Below are positions 1 to 9,020 of a stretch of 64,000 bases of DNA, piece after piece. The DNA is from Sphingobacteriaceae bacterium (GTDB lineage Bacteria > Bacteroidota > Bacteroidia > Sphingobacteriales > Sphingobacteriaceae). The notes beneath the pieces were generated by a model. It made no database searches and was not told the origin of the DNA. It saw only the letters and a program-made list of their open reading frames with translations. How positions within the stretch are numbered: position 1 is the stretch's first letter; each line of letters opens with the position of its first letter. Position numbers and translations under genes: made by a program. The stretch spans positions 702,876 through 766,875 of the forward strand of contig JAGIAD010000001.1 of NCBI GenBank assembly GCA_017745075.1. The letters are read 5' to 3'.

Positions 1-1
1 C

Positions 2-817
2 CTTCATTTAGGAGAATCCTTACAGCTACAGGCACTGGGAATTGTCGGAGAAATAATAAAGACGAGCAGAACAGTGGGCGAAGCGGTAACAAATGCTGCC
101 CCTTTGGCTCAAATCATTTCAGCATCGACAGAGCTTATCATTTTTAAGGATGACCACCATTTTTCGATAACTTTTGTACCAGCCAACCAGGATTGGGCTC
201 AACATATACCCGAAGTACAAGCCGTTGATCTTTTAATGGTTCTGGTAATACACGAACTTGACGGGTTACTATTTAAGAAGCTGTACCCAAGCTCGGTAAG
301 CTTCGCCAGATCGCTTGATAACCTTGAGGAATATGAGCGTGTATTGCGTTGTAGACCAGAAGCAAATGCAAAAACCACCCAAATTTCATTTGATATTGCC
401 TACTGGGATGAAAGAATTATCAGATCAAAACACGAGCATCAGCAGGTTCTGCTTTTGGAAGAGGGTGCCTGGCCAAATGCGCATATCTCTGACCGGGCCT
501 TAAAAAAGCGTATCTATAATTATATACGATCTAACTCCTATCTAAAAATGGTTACCCTGGAAGATATTGCCTGTAACTTTAATCTCAGTCCGCGTACGCT
601 ACAGCGCAAACTAAAGAGTGAAGAGATCAATTTTCAGCAGCTCGCTGATGAGGCCCGTAAAAACCTTGCTTTAATGTATTTGAAAGATAATTCCATGCAG
701 ATCAAAGAAATATCTACCCTGCTTGGCTACAATGAAGTAAGCGCATTTATACGTGCTTTCAAACGATGGACAGGAAAGGCGCCCAGCAATTATCAAAAGA
801 AAGAGCATCTCTCTTAG
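2..817 (+). CDS. AraC family transcriptional regulator (5' partial, runs off window start)
   Basis: The frame is open from nt 2 with no stop, so the N-terminus lies outside the window. C-terminal AraC/XylS HTH: QIKEISTLLGYNEVSAFIRAFKRWTGKAPSNYQ. Confidence 0.85.
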   Translation, partial: LHLGESLQLQALGIVGEIIKTSRTVGEAVTNAAPLAQIISASTELIIFKDDHHFSITFVPANQDWAQHIPEVQAVDLLMVLVIHELDGLLFKKLYPSSVSFARSLDNLEEYERVLRCRPEANAKTTQISFDIAYWDERIIRSKHEHQQVLLLEEGAWPNAHISDRALKKRIYNYIRSNSYLKMVTLEDIACNFNLSPRTLQRKLKSEEINFQQLADEARKNLALMYLKDNSMQIKEISTLLGYNEVSAFIRAFKRWTGKAPSNYQKKEHLS

Positions 818-909
818 TAGAAATTCTAATCAAAAAGAGCAAAATAAAAACAAATACCCTGGCATTTTCAGTCGGATTTAACTTTCTGAATTGCTCTTTT
901 CAATTATGG

Positions 910-2169
910 TTAAAAATCTACATGGTAATCTTTGGAGAATGGTTTTGCTGCCCAGGCCTTTTTCGATGTCCATTCTGCCGGAGGTGCAGCCCAGAATTCG
1001 TCGGTAGCAGGTAAGCCCAAAGGCAGGAATGATAAGGTAGCCATATACAAACTGCCTGTAGAAGTATAATAATCGGCTATTTCGGGATCGTGACCGCAAA
1101 AGCCAAGCTGTAACCATCCTTTCGAATCAAAAGTTCCGGGTTGGTTATACATATTCTGTTTAACTTTGGTTAAGGCAGAACGCACTTGCGCAGGCTGAAT
1201 AGTGGCGGGCAATTTGTGCATAAGCGCTATTTGGCTTAAAGCCTGAAAAGCACCTGTTCTATAGGTAATTGAACGCCCAATCGGTGGGTATGTCCCTTCG
1301 GGAGAGATCATGCGTTCCTGCCCTACTACGTAACGTTGCATCCTCTTCACTGCAAGATCGTAACGCTCTTTTTTGATTAGCTTTTGATCCAGCATCACTG
1401 CAAGTGTATCAACCATCATCGGGTGGATTACAAAAGAATTGTAGTAGTCGAAAGCCAGGTTTACCCCATCGCCGTACCAGCCATCCCCTTTATACCATGT
1501 GGTTAGGGTATCTACACCTTCATTTAAGCGGTTTTCATCATACTGTTCGCCTATCGATAACAAAAAGGCTTCGGTGATGGAACCAAATAGCAACCAGTTA
1601 TTTCTAAAGGGCTTTCTGTTCCTTAACGATTTAAACGATGCAATAATTTCGCGTTTGGTTTCAGGTTTCAAAGGCTCCCACAGCGCTTTAGGCGCCCTTA
1701 AAAAGGTTTGCGCCAGGTAGGCAGAATCTACAATCGGCTGGTAATCTTTGCTAAAATTTAATTTATCGGGACTGTTTGCTGCAAAACAACTATCCAATCC
1801 TTGAATGGCCTGCTGTTTAAACTTGCTTCTTAAAACGCCTTCAGTAGTGGAATCGTCAGGTAATGCCAGCCATGGCGCAATTCCGGCATAGGTGCGGCCA
1901 ACAGCTTCTAAATACGATACGGCAGGTGTGCGGGAGTCGAATTTCGGCGCTGTAACCACCGGCATATTTTTAATTAGTGTTCCATTCGCTAAATTGGAAA
2001 CAACGGGGCTGGCAATTTTATATAGCAGTTTATACCAATATTCCCTGTCATTTGCGGATAGACCGTTTGCAACGTTACTAGTTTTTGTTGCTGATAAAAC
2101 TTCCTTAGTATTAAATAACCCCAATATGCCGGTTAATGACAAGGCTCCTATAAATTTTCTTCTTTCCAT
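910..2169 (-). CDS. DUF2264-like protein with twin-arginine-like signal
   Basis: 419-aa ORF with N-terminus MERRKFIGALSLTG. It starts 9 nt after the GH88 stop, so it is likely co-transcribed. It resembles DUF2264 proteins that commonly accompany GH88 genes; this family call is from memory. Confidence 0.6.
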   Translation of the reverse strand: MERRKFIGALSLTGILGLFNTKEVLSATKTSNVANGLSANDREYWYKLLYKIASPVVSNLANGTLIKNMPVVTAPKFDSRTPAVSYLEAVGRTYAGIAPWLALPDDSTTEGVLRSKFKQQAIQGLDSCFAANSPDKLNFSKDYQPIVDSAYLAQTFLRAPKALWEPLKPETKREIIASFKSLRNRKPFRNNWLLFGSITEAFLLSIGEQYDENRLNEGVDTLTTWYKGDGWYGDGVNLAFDYYNSFVIHPMMVDTLAVMLDQKLIKKERYDLAVKRMQRYVVGQERMISPEGTYPPIGRSITYRTGAFQALSQIALMHKLPATIQPAQVRSALTKVKQNMYNQPGTFDSKGWLQLGFCGHDPEIADYYTSTGSLYMATLSFLPLGLPATDEFWAAPPAEWTSKKAWAAKPFSKDYHVDF

Positions 2170-2178
2170 TTTTGTGTA

Positions 2179-3375
2179 TTATAAGTACCAGTTTTTATAA
2201 CGCATTAGTGCTTCGAGATAATAATAATCGGCATAACTAAGCGGAACGTCGACTTCTGATTTGAGGGGTAAAGCCCCTGTACTGTGCATGAGTAAAAAAC
2301 CACCGTTCTCGCCGGGCTTTGCACAATATGCGTCGGAAGAAAGTGAAACAATTATTTTTTTTGCTTCGTTTACATATAGTTTGCGTTCACTTTTTGTTGC
2401 ATATTGCCCCAATTCCAACAAAGCAGAGGCAATAACCGCAGCGGCCGAGGCATCGCGGTAAGTCTCCGGAATACCCGGTGCATTAAAATCCCAATATGGA
2501 ACCTGGTCGGCAGGCATATTCGGATGATTGATGATAAATCTGGCGATGTTTTTTGCCTGTTTAAGGTAATTTTTGTCCCTGGTTAAACGGTACATCATCG
2601 TATAGCCGTATAATCCCCAGCCCTGGCCGCGGCTCCACGCCGATTCGTCAGATGCTCCCTGGGCGGTACCTCTTTTAAGTACGGCCCCGGTGTTCATATC
2701 GTAATCAACTACATGGTAAGAGCTATAATTTGGCCTGAAATGATTTTTAAGCGAAATATTGGCATGATTGATAGCAATTTCCCTGTATTTCGGATCACCA
2801 CCATGATCAGATACCCAAGCCAGTAATTCCAGGTTCATCATATTATCAATAATAACAGGGCCTTTCCACTTTTTATTACTGTTCCACGATTGGATTACCT
2901 TAGCTGCAGGGCGATAGCGTGTGGCCAGTGAAGCTGCGGCGGTATCGATAGTTGGTTTATACGAAGCATTACCGGTAATGCGGTAGGCATTTCCGAAACT
3001 ACAGAACATCATAAAACCTAAATCGTGGTTTCCGGTATAATGTTTCTCTTTCTCCAATACAGCCAGGCGTTTCTCGGCTTCTTTTAAGGTACCTGAATCC
3101 CTGGTATATTCGTAAATATACAATAGCGAACCCGGATAGAAACCACTGCACCACCATTTGGTATCGCTGGTTTCCAGCTTATTATTTTTTACATAGTAAG
3201 TTTTTGGCATTCGGTCTGCCGGTGTGTTTTTGGCCAGTAACCGGTATTGTTTCACTGCAAATTCAAACTGCTTGTCGAGCAGGTTTTTCATTGCTTTTTT
3301 TTCGTCGGTTAATTGTTGTGCCTTAGCAATTACTACTGTAGCCATAAAACTTATGCCGAGCAATAATTTCTTCAT
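2179..3375 (-). CDS. Glycoside hydrolase family 88 (unsaturated glucuronyl/galacturonyl hydrolase-like)
   Basis: Signal peptide plus GH88-type motifs WWCSGFYPG, DLGFMMFCSFGNAY, IIDNMMNLELL and SRGQGWGLYGY. Confidence 0.85.
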   Translation of the reverse strand: MKKLLLGISFMATVVIAKAQQLTDEKKAMKNLLDKQFEFAVKQYRLLAKNTPADRMPKTYYVKNNKLETSDTKWWCSGFYPGSLLYIYEYTRDSGTLKEAEKRLAVLEKEKHYTGNHDLGFMMFCSFGNAYRITGNASYKPTIDTAAASLATRYRPAAKVIQSWNSNKKWKGPVIIDNMMNLELLAWVSDHGGDPKYREIAINHANISLKNHFRPNYSSYHVVDYDMNTGAVLKRGTAQGASDESAWSRGQGWGLYGYTMMYRLTRDKNYLKQAKNIARFIINHPNMPADQVPYWDFNAPGIPETYRDASAAAVIASALLELGQYATKSERKLYVNEAKKIIVSLSSDAYCAKPGENGGFLLMHSTGALPLKSEVDVPLSYADYYYLEALMRYKNWYL

Positions 3376-3627
3376 CGTTTAGGTAAATTTATATAAGTCA
3401 TCTTATGTTAAGCCTTTACAGGCTCTTGATTGTTGGTTTCGGCAAATTTGTGTTTTTACAAGTTTAGAAAAGGTGAAAATTATAAAGGATAGGGTAGAAA
3501 ATCGGAAATTAACTGCCTTTTAAGCTGTAATTAAGTATCAATGTGTTTACATTCGATGTTTCAGGCAATCGAAAACATTCGTTTTAAAAAATAATATTCT
3601 CCTTTCAGAGAAATCAGCTGGCATTCA

Positions 3628-4521
3628 TTATCGCTGATCATTTTTTAATGCCGTATAATGCTTAATAAACCAGGCTAATGCAGGGTTTTTATTCGATTCT
3701 TTATAAGCCAATACTACCTCTGTGTTAACAGGGATCGCATCAAACTCAATAAAAGATACTTTCAGCTGCGCGTATTGCCTTTTTAACGATAAAGGCAAAA
3801 TAGAGACACCCAAGCCGGCTTCTACCAATTGTAATATGGAATGTACATTATTGGCCTCGTGGGTAATGTCGGGGCTAAAACCCATTCGTTGACAAATCTC
3901 TATCAGTTTCTGGTTATATTGAGGTGCAAAATCTTTATTAAAGAAGATAAACGGACTTTTCTTCAAAAAATCGGCAAGTTCGTACTGACCACTAATTTTT
4001 TGCTCCGTTAAAAGGGTTACCACTACAAAGGGGTCAAAAAACAAAGATTCTACTTTTAATTGTTCTGATAAAACAGGTGCCCTTAAAATACCTACATCTA
4101 AACCACCATGTTCTAACTCTTTAATTTGGGTAAGTGTAGGTACTTCGAACAAACTCGTTTTGAGATAAGGAAATTCATGGTGCATCAATTTTAAAATTTC
4201 TGCAAGGTGCGATTGGTAAACGGAACTGATATAGCCAATTTTTAATTCGCCGCTAACTCCTCCGTGAATCTTACGGACAACTTCTTTGTTTTCTTCCAGT
4301 TTGGCAAATAAAGCCGTTACCTCGGTCTTAAAATACTTTCCTGCGTTTGTTAATGTAACCCGCTTATTATTCCTTACGAACAGCTGTACGCCAAGTTCTT
4401 CTTCCAGTTCTTTAATCTGCCTGCTTAAAGGAGGTTGCGAGATAAAAAGTTTGGTTGCAGCCTTAGTAAAATGAAGTTCTTCTGCAACGGTTTTAAAATA
4501 TAACAAATGTCTGAGTTCCAT
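3628..4521 (-). CDS. LysR family transcriptional regulator
   Basis: N-terminal LysR HTH MELRHLLYFKTVAEELHFTKAATKLFISQPPLSRQIKELEEELG. I moved the start to the MELRHL Met (CAT at 4519-4521); the ORF track extends to 4539. Confidence 0.92.
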   Translation of the reverse strand: MELRHLLYFKTVAEELHFTKAATKLFISQPPLSRQIKELEEELGVQLFVRNNKRVTLTNAGKYFKTEVTALFAKLEENKEVVRKIHGGVSGELKIGYISSVYQSHLAEILKLMHHEFPYLKTSLFEVPTLTQIKELEHGGLDVGILRAPVLSEQLKVESLFFDPFVVVTLLTEQKISGQYELADFLKKSPFIFFNKDFAPQYNQKLIEICQRMGFSPDITHEANNVHSILQLVEAGLGVSILPLSLKRQYAQLKVSFIEFDAIPVNTEVVLAYKESNKNPALAWFIKHYTALKNDQR

Positions 4522-4528
4522 AATTATA

Positions 4529-4543
4529 ATACCTAACAAGTAT
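4529..4543. promoter_or_regulatory. Candidate LysR box (T-N11-A dyad)
   Basis: ATACCTAACAAGTAT is an ATAC-N7-GTAT dyad containing T-N11-A. It lies 8 nt upstream of the LysR start, in the divergent spacer to the methyltransferase gene. Confidence 0.3.
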
Positions 4544-4574
4544 CATTTTATATAAAAATTGATATTTTACAAAT

Positions 4575-5336
4575 ATGATAAACAGCGCTAACTTCACAAA
4601 AAAAATTAAAGCAATGAATAAAGATTATTCGCACAAGGCGACAAATGAGGAAATCAGAACAAGGTTTGATCATGATGTTGAACGTTTCTCTAACCTGGAA
4701 AGCGGTCAGCAAACCACTATAGATGCTCCACTCACCATGGAGCTTTGCACAGGTGCAGCCAAATATATTAACCCAAATGCAAAAGAACTGTTGGATATTG
4801 GATGCGGTGCAGGCAATTATACGCTAAAAATGCTCAGCAAGATCCCTGATCTTAACTGCACACTTAACGATTTGAGTTTACCGATGCTGGAACGTGCAAA
4901 AAACAGGGTTTCTGCACAAACTACCGGAAAAATAACCACCATACAGGATGATATGCGCAACCTTAATTTACCCGATAACCATTTCAACATCATACTTGCT
5001 GCTGCAACCTTCCATCATTTACGTACCGATGCAGATTGGGAACTTGTTTTCACCAAGGTTTACCGGGCATTAAAACCCGGGGGGAGTATCTGGATTTCGG
5101 ACCTGATTGCGCACGATTCGGTATTGATCGATGACCTTTTCAGAAATCATTACGGAGCCTACCTTGAAACACTTGGTGGTGAAGCCTACAAACAAAAGGT
5201 ATTTGACTACATCGAATATGAAGATAGTCCACGTTCTTTAAACTATCAACTGGCCCTGCTACAAAAAGTCGGGTTTAGCGTTACCGAAATCCTGCACAAA
5301 AACTCTTATTTTGCGGCATTTGGTGCCATAAAATAA
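4575..5336 (+). CDS. Class I SAM-dependent methyltransferase
   Basis: SAM-binding motif I LLDIGCGAGNYTL. The gene is divergent from the LysR gene. The true start may be the internal Met at 4614. Confidence 0.85.
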   Translation: MINSANFTKKIKAMNKDYSHKATNEEIRTRFDHDVERFSNLESGQQTTIDAPLTMELCTGAAKYINPNAKELLDIGCGAGNYTLKMLSKIPDLNCTLNDLSLPMLERAKNRVSAQTTGKITTIQDDMRNLNLPDNHFNIILAAATFHHLRTDADWELVFTKVYRALKPGGSIWISDLIAHDSVLIDDLFRNHYGAYLETLGGEAYKQKVFDYIEYEDSPRSLNYQLALLQKVGFSVTEILHKNSYFAAFGAIK

Positions 5337-5339
5337 AAA

Positions 5340-5375
5340 TTATGCCCAGTATAGTGCTACTATCACCGGGCATAA
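5340..5375 (+). terminator. Hairpin after methyltransferase gene
   Basis: TTATGCCC ...20 nt... GGGCATAA is a perfect 8-bp stem with an inner ATAGT/ACTAT pairing. It starts 4 nt after the stop codon. There is no clear T-tract. Confidence 0.35.
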
Positions 5376-5494
5376 TCTGATCTAAACCTAAATATTGAAT
5401 CGTTTAACGTTATGTGCCATAAATAAACCCACCTTTAAAATTAACCTCGAGTTAACATAGTAGTTTTAAGTTTGTTCTAAAATCAGGAAAGGCG

Positions 5495-6901
5495 ATGACA
5501 AATCCCATAACAAACTTAAAAAGAACAATTTATCACAGCATTTATTTTGTAATTCTTTTTTTTACCATTCTGCCATCCTGCAAAAAAGACAAAAAGCCCG
5601 ATTATCCAATTGGGAGCAATGAGAACATTAATACCTGGATACTCGACAGCCTTAAACGCTATTATTACTGGAATGAACAATTACCTGCCAATCCCAATCT
5701 CGGTTTACCACCAAAAGATTTTTTTAATTCCATCCGCAATTTGTCTGATCGCTTTTCGTATATCAGTATCCCTAATGATCCCACTACTACCACGCCGAGC
5801 AACAGAAATTTCGGTTTTGATTATGCAACAGTAAGCGACCAAAACAGTGCAAATGTTATCGGGATCATTAAAATTGTATTAAAAGATTCTCCGGCTTCGA
5901 GGGCCGGTTTAAAGCGTGGCGACTACATCAGTAAAATTAACGGCAAAACCCTAACCGCTACTAATGCACAGGCTCTGCAAAGCGAGATCTTAAGCAGCGA
6001 CCGATTTTCTTTGGGTTTGGCCGAACTGAAGAACAATACCTGGACAGATACCTATACTGTTGAATTAAGCAAAAGCATAATACTCGACCAGCGGGAGATT
6101 AGCAAGGTGATCGAAAATAATGGAAAAAAAATAGGTTATTTGTATTTTCTGGATTTTAATAGCGGTTTGGCCAGTTCGCTTACTCCTGTTTTTAGTAATT
6201 TTAAAGCAGAAGGCATATCTGAACTGATTCTCGATCTCCGTTATAACGCAGGGGGTCAGGTAGCTGAAGCAGCGGGCATATGTGCCATGATTGCGAGAAA
6301 TATATCTTTCGATAAACCTTTTATTACTTACAAAGGCAACAAAAACGGAGGGATGAAAACCGAATCGATCGGTACTGCGGCTACTTTTGATGGTACTGTA
6401 AATTTTAATACCCTCCTGCAGCAAAACCTTGGACTAAGCCGGGTTTATATTTTATCAACAGCTGGTACAGCATCTGCATCTGAAGTAATCATCAATAACC
6501 TTAAACCTTTTATGCAGGTAGTGCTCATCGGCGAAAAAACAAGGGGGAAAGATGAAGCATCTTTCAGGATATTTGACGCCCGAAACCCTAAACAGGTAAA
6601 ATGGGAAATGCATCCGATTGTTTATAAACTTTTTAATGCACAGGGCAACGGAGGCTATAGTGCCGGAATCAACCCCGATATCACGATCAATGAAATGAGT
6701 ACGCTGCCCTTGTTTCAATTGGGCGATACTTCCGATCCGCTGGTAAAAGCAGCAATCACTGCAATTACAGGTCAAGCTATCAAGACTTCGGTTACGGTAA
6801 ATAATGTGGTTTCCGGAAGCTTCAGGGCCGACCGCATTTTAATGGATTCGAGGGCGCAATCTGCTCAACAAAGTACGGTAACCACTCACCGGTTAAGGTG
6901 A
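5495..6901 (+). CDS. S41 family peptidase lipoprotein (C-terminal processing peptidase-like, PDZ-containing)
   Basis: Lipobox ILPSCKKD and S41-type motifs LILDLRYNAGGQ, GTASASEVIINNLK and GEKTRGKD. Confidence 0.8.
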   Translation: MTNPITNLKRTIYHSIYFVILFFTILPSCKKDKKPDYPIGSNENINTWILDSLKRYYYWNEQLPANPNLGLPPKDFFNSIRNLSDRFSYISIPNDPTTTTPSNRNFGFDYATVSDQNSANVIGIIKIVLKDSPASRAGLKRGDYISKINGKTLTATNAQALQSEILSSDRFSLGLAELKNNTWTDTYTVELSKSIILDQREISKVIENNGKKIGYLYFLDFNSGLASSLTPVFSNFKAEGISELILDLRYNAGGQVAEAAGICAMIARNISFDKPFITYKGNKNGGMKTESIGTAATFDGTVNFNTLLQQNLGLSRVYILSTAGTASASEVIINNLKPFMQVVLIGEKTRGKDEASFRIFDARNPKQVKWEMHPIVYKLFNAQGNGGYSAGINPDITINEMSTLPLFQLGDTSDPLVKAAITAITGQAIKTSVTVNNVVSGSFRADRILMDSRAQSAQQSTVTTHRLR

Positions 6902-6973
6902 TAGAAAAGGTTTTCATTGTGTTAACATTAACTTTAAACACGACCACTAACTTGCCTCCCATAACCGGTACTT

Positions 6974-7563
6974 ATGGAACAGTTGGAAGATTTTAAAAAT
7001 GCAAAACTCCTGAACGCAGTAAAAACTGGCAATTCGGCTGCTTTTAATGAAATTTACCACCAGTACCGCAAAAAAATATATGGTTATGCTTATCATTTTA
7101 CCCGGAGCAGAGAAGAAGCTGAAGAACTTACTCAGGATGTTTTTGTAAGGCTCTGGGAAAACAGATCAAAGATCGATCCGGAAAAGAATTTTGATGCCTT
7201 TCTTTATACACTTATCCGCAATAATTTCCTCTCCACACTCCGTAAAAAAGCCAGGGAAAAAGCCTATAGCAACGAAAACCTTAAGCAAGAGCAGTCTTTT
7301 AATGCCATAGAAGACGAACTCAATGCCAAAGATACCAGGCAGATTGCTCAGGAAGCGATAGAAAGCCTTTCTCCCCAGGTAAAAAAATATACCTGATGAG
7401 TAGAAATGACCACCATACGCATGAGGAAATATCGCAGCTGATGGGCATTTCCAAAAATACGGTAAACAATCACCTTAAAAAATCGCTTGGGATTATGCGT
7501 AAGTACTTTAGAACATATTCTCCTGAAACGATACTATCTTTTATATTGATCATTTTTTGTTGA
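6974..7563 (+). pseudogene. ECF (sigma-70 family) sigma factor split by a -1 frameshift in an A7 run
   Basis: The ORF 6974-7396 encodes region 2 (ELTQDVFVRLWENR) and stops at TGA 7394-7396. Region 4 (IYLMSRNDHHTHEEISQLMGISKNTVNNHLKKSLGIMRKYF) continues in the -1 frame from 7387 to TGA 7561-7563. The two frames meet in AAAAAAA at 7381-7387. Confidence 0.8.
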
Positions 7564-7858
7564 TGGATCATAAGTTTTACATCTTCCCTATTCCGTTTTC
7601 CATTTTACATTTTCCATCATTAAGAAGTTAAGCACATTAAGGTTTTTAGCAAGCCCAGGCGACGTGTTCTCCTTAACTTGTTTCAAGATCCATTTTGCTT
7701 TAGTTTACCAATATCTTAGGCTACCTGTTCTCCCTCCTACATTATACATTTACCATTCCTCAAAATTTCTTCAAAAAAATTTCACTTTCCAATAGCTGTA
7801 TGCAAAGTTTCGTGCATATATACAGTAGCGCGCAGCATAAAAGCTCAGAAACGTTAAA

Positions 7859-8881
7859 GTGAAAGAAAACATTAAAATACTATTTGAACATTATTTAGCG
7901 GGTAAAACCAATCTGGAGCAAGAAAAAATCCTGATGGAGTACCTGGCCGATCCAGCGAATGCTGATAGTGAATTTCATGGCGTAATGGAAAGGGCTTGGG
8001 AAAAACAGGTAAGTGAAACCGATTATTCCCTAAGTGCTGTTCAGGGATTGGCAGAGATATGGGATAAAGTAGAAGAACGCCAGCCAAAAAGCAGATCGCT
8101 TTTCCCACTATTAAAATATGCTGCAGCAATTGTGGTAATCATTTCTGCATCACTTGGCTGGTATGCCTACAAGAAAGCACAGCAACCTGTACAAACTGGC
8201 ATCTCCTTTTTAAGTAAAACCACTCAAAAAGGCGAAAAGGTAAAATTGATTTTGCCTGATAGTTCTATTGTATACCTCGGTGCCGGCAGCAAGCTTACCT
8301 GGCCATCTCACTTTGTGAAAGGTAGTTTAAGAAACATCCAGTTAGAAGGTGAAGCTTTTTTTGAAGTAAAACATGATGCCACCAGTCCTTTTATAGTACA
8401 TAGCGGACAAATGCAGACCAGGGTTTTAGGTACTTCCTTTAATATTTATGCTTATCCAAAAGATGGGACCTTCAGTGTAGCTGTACGCACCGGTAAGGTA
8501 AAAGTTTCGGAGAATAGTGAGGGGAAATTAAAGCAACTTTCGCTTCTTACCCCTGGAATGAAGTTATTATACCATTTAAAAGCACACGATTATACCGTTA
8601 GTAATGAGCGTATCTCCGAAGTTAATGCATGGATCAAAAACAGCTTTGCTTTTAAGGATACTAGCCTGCCCAATATGCTCAAATCATTAGAAAGGTATTA
8701 CAATGTACATTTTGAATTAAAGGCCAATAAACTAAAACAATGCAGGTTTAATGCCACATTTACAAACAAAAGCATTAGTAATGTGATGGAAGAAATCAGT
8801 GTAATGAGCGGCAAAAAGATGAAATATAAAATAGACACTGCAAACAAAACAATTACCGTATGGGGGGAGGGCTGTCAATGA
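7859..8881 (+). CDS. FecR family anti-sigma factor
   Basis: GTG start. N-terminal anti-sigma segment (LFEHYLAGKT..EQEKILMEYL), a single TM helix (AAIVVIISASLGWYAY), and a FecR-type periplasmic domain (EGEAFFEVKHDATSPFIVHSG, VLGTSFNIY). Confidence 0.9.
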   Translation: MKENIKILFEHYLAGKTNLEQEKILMEYLADPANADSEFHGVMERAWEKQVSETDYSLSAVQGLAEIWDKVEERQPKSRSLFPLLKYAAAIVVIISASLGWYAYKKAQQPVQTGISFLSKTTQKGEKVKLILPDSSIVYLGAGSKLTWPSHFVKGSLRNIQLEGEAFFEVKHDATSPFIVHSGQMQTRVLGTSFNIYAYPKDGTFSVAVRTGKVKVSENSEGKLKQLSLLTPGMKLLYHLKAHDYTVSNERISEVNAWIKNSFAFKDTSLPNMLKSLERYYNVHFELKANKLKQCRFNATFTNKSISNVMEEISVMSGKKMKYKIDTANKTITVWGEGCQ

Positions 8882-8969
8882 TAAGTTAGCAATATGCTAT
8901 TAGCGCCAGAAGGCGCAGTAACCCGGATTTATACCTATGAAAAATAAATTAAACCTCTTAACAAAAATA

Positions 8970-9001
8970 AGGAGCCGGATTGCTCGAACAATCCTGCTCC
9001 T
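8970..9001 (+). promoter_or_regulatory. Hairpin between FecR and transducer genes
   Basis: AGGAGCCGGATT gctcgaac AATCCTGCTCCT forms a 12-bp stem with one mismatch. It lies 20-47 nt upstream of the candidate receptor start codons. Confidence 0.35.
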
Positions 9002-9020
9002 AAACAAAAGTTTTTAACCC

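Noticed and set aside
833-900. Perfect 10-bp inverted repeat (AAAAGAGCAA / TTGCTCTTTT) between convergent genes, considered as a bidirectional terminator
   Set aside because: The 48-nt loop is too long for a typical intrinsic terminator and the stem is AT-rich. It may still fold, but I cannot support a call.
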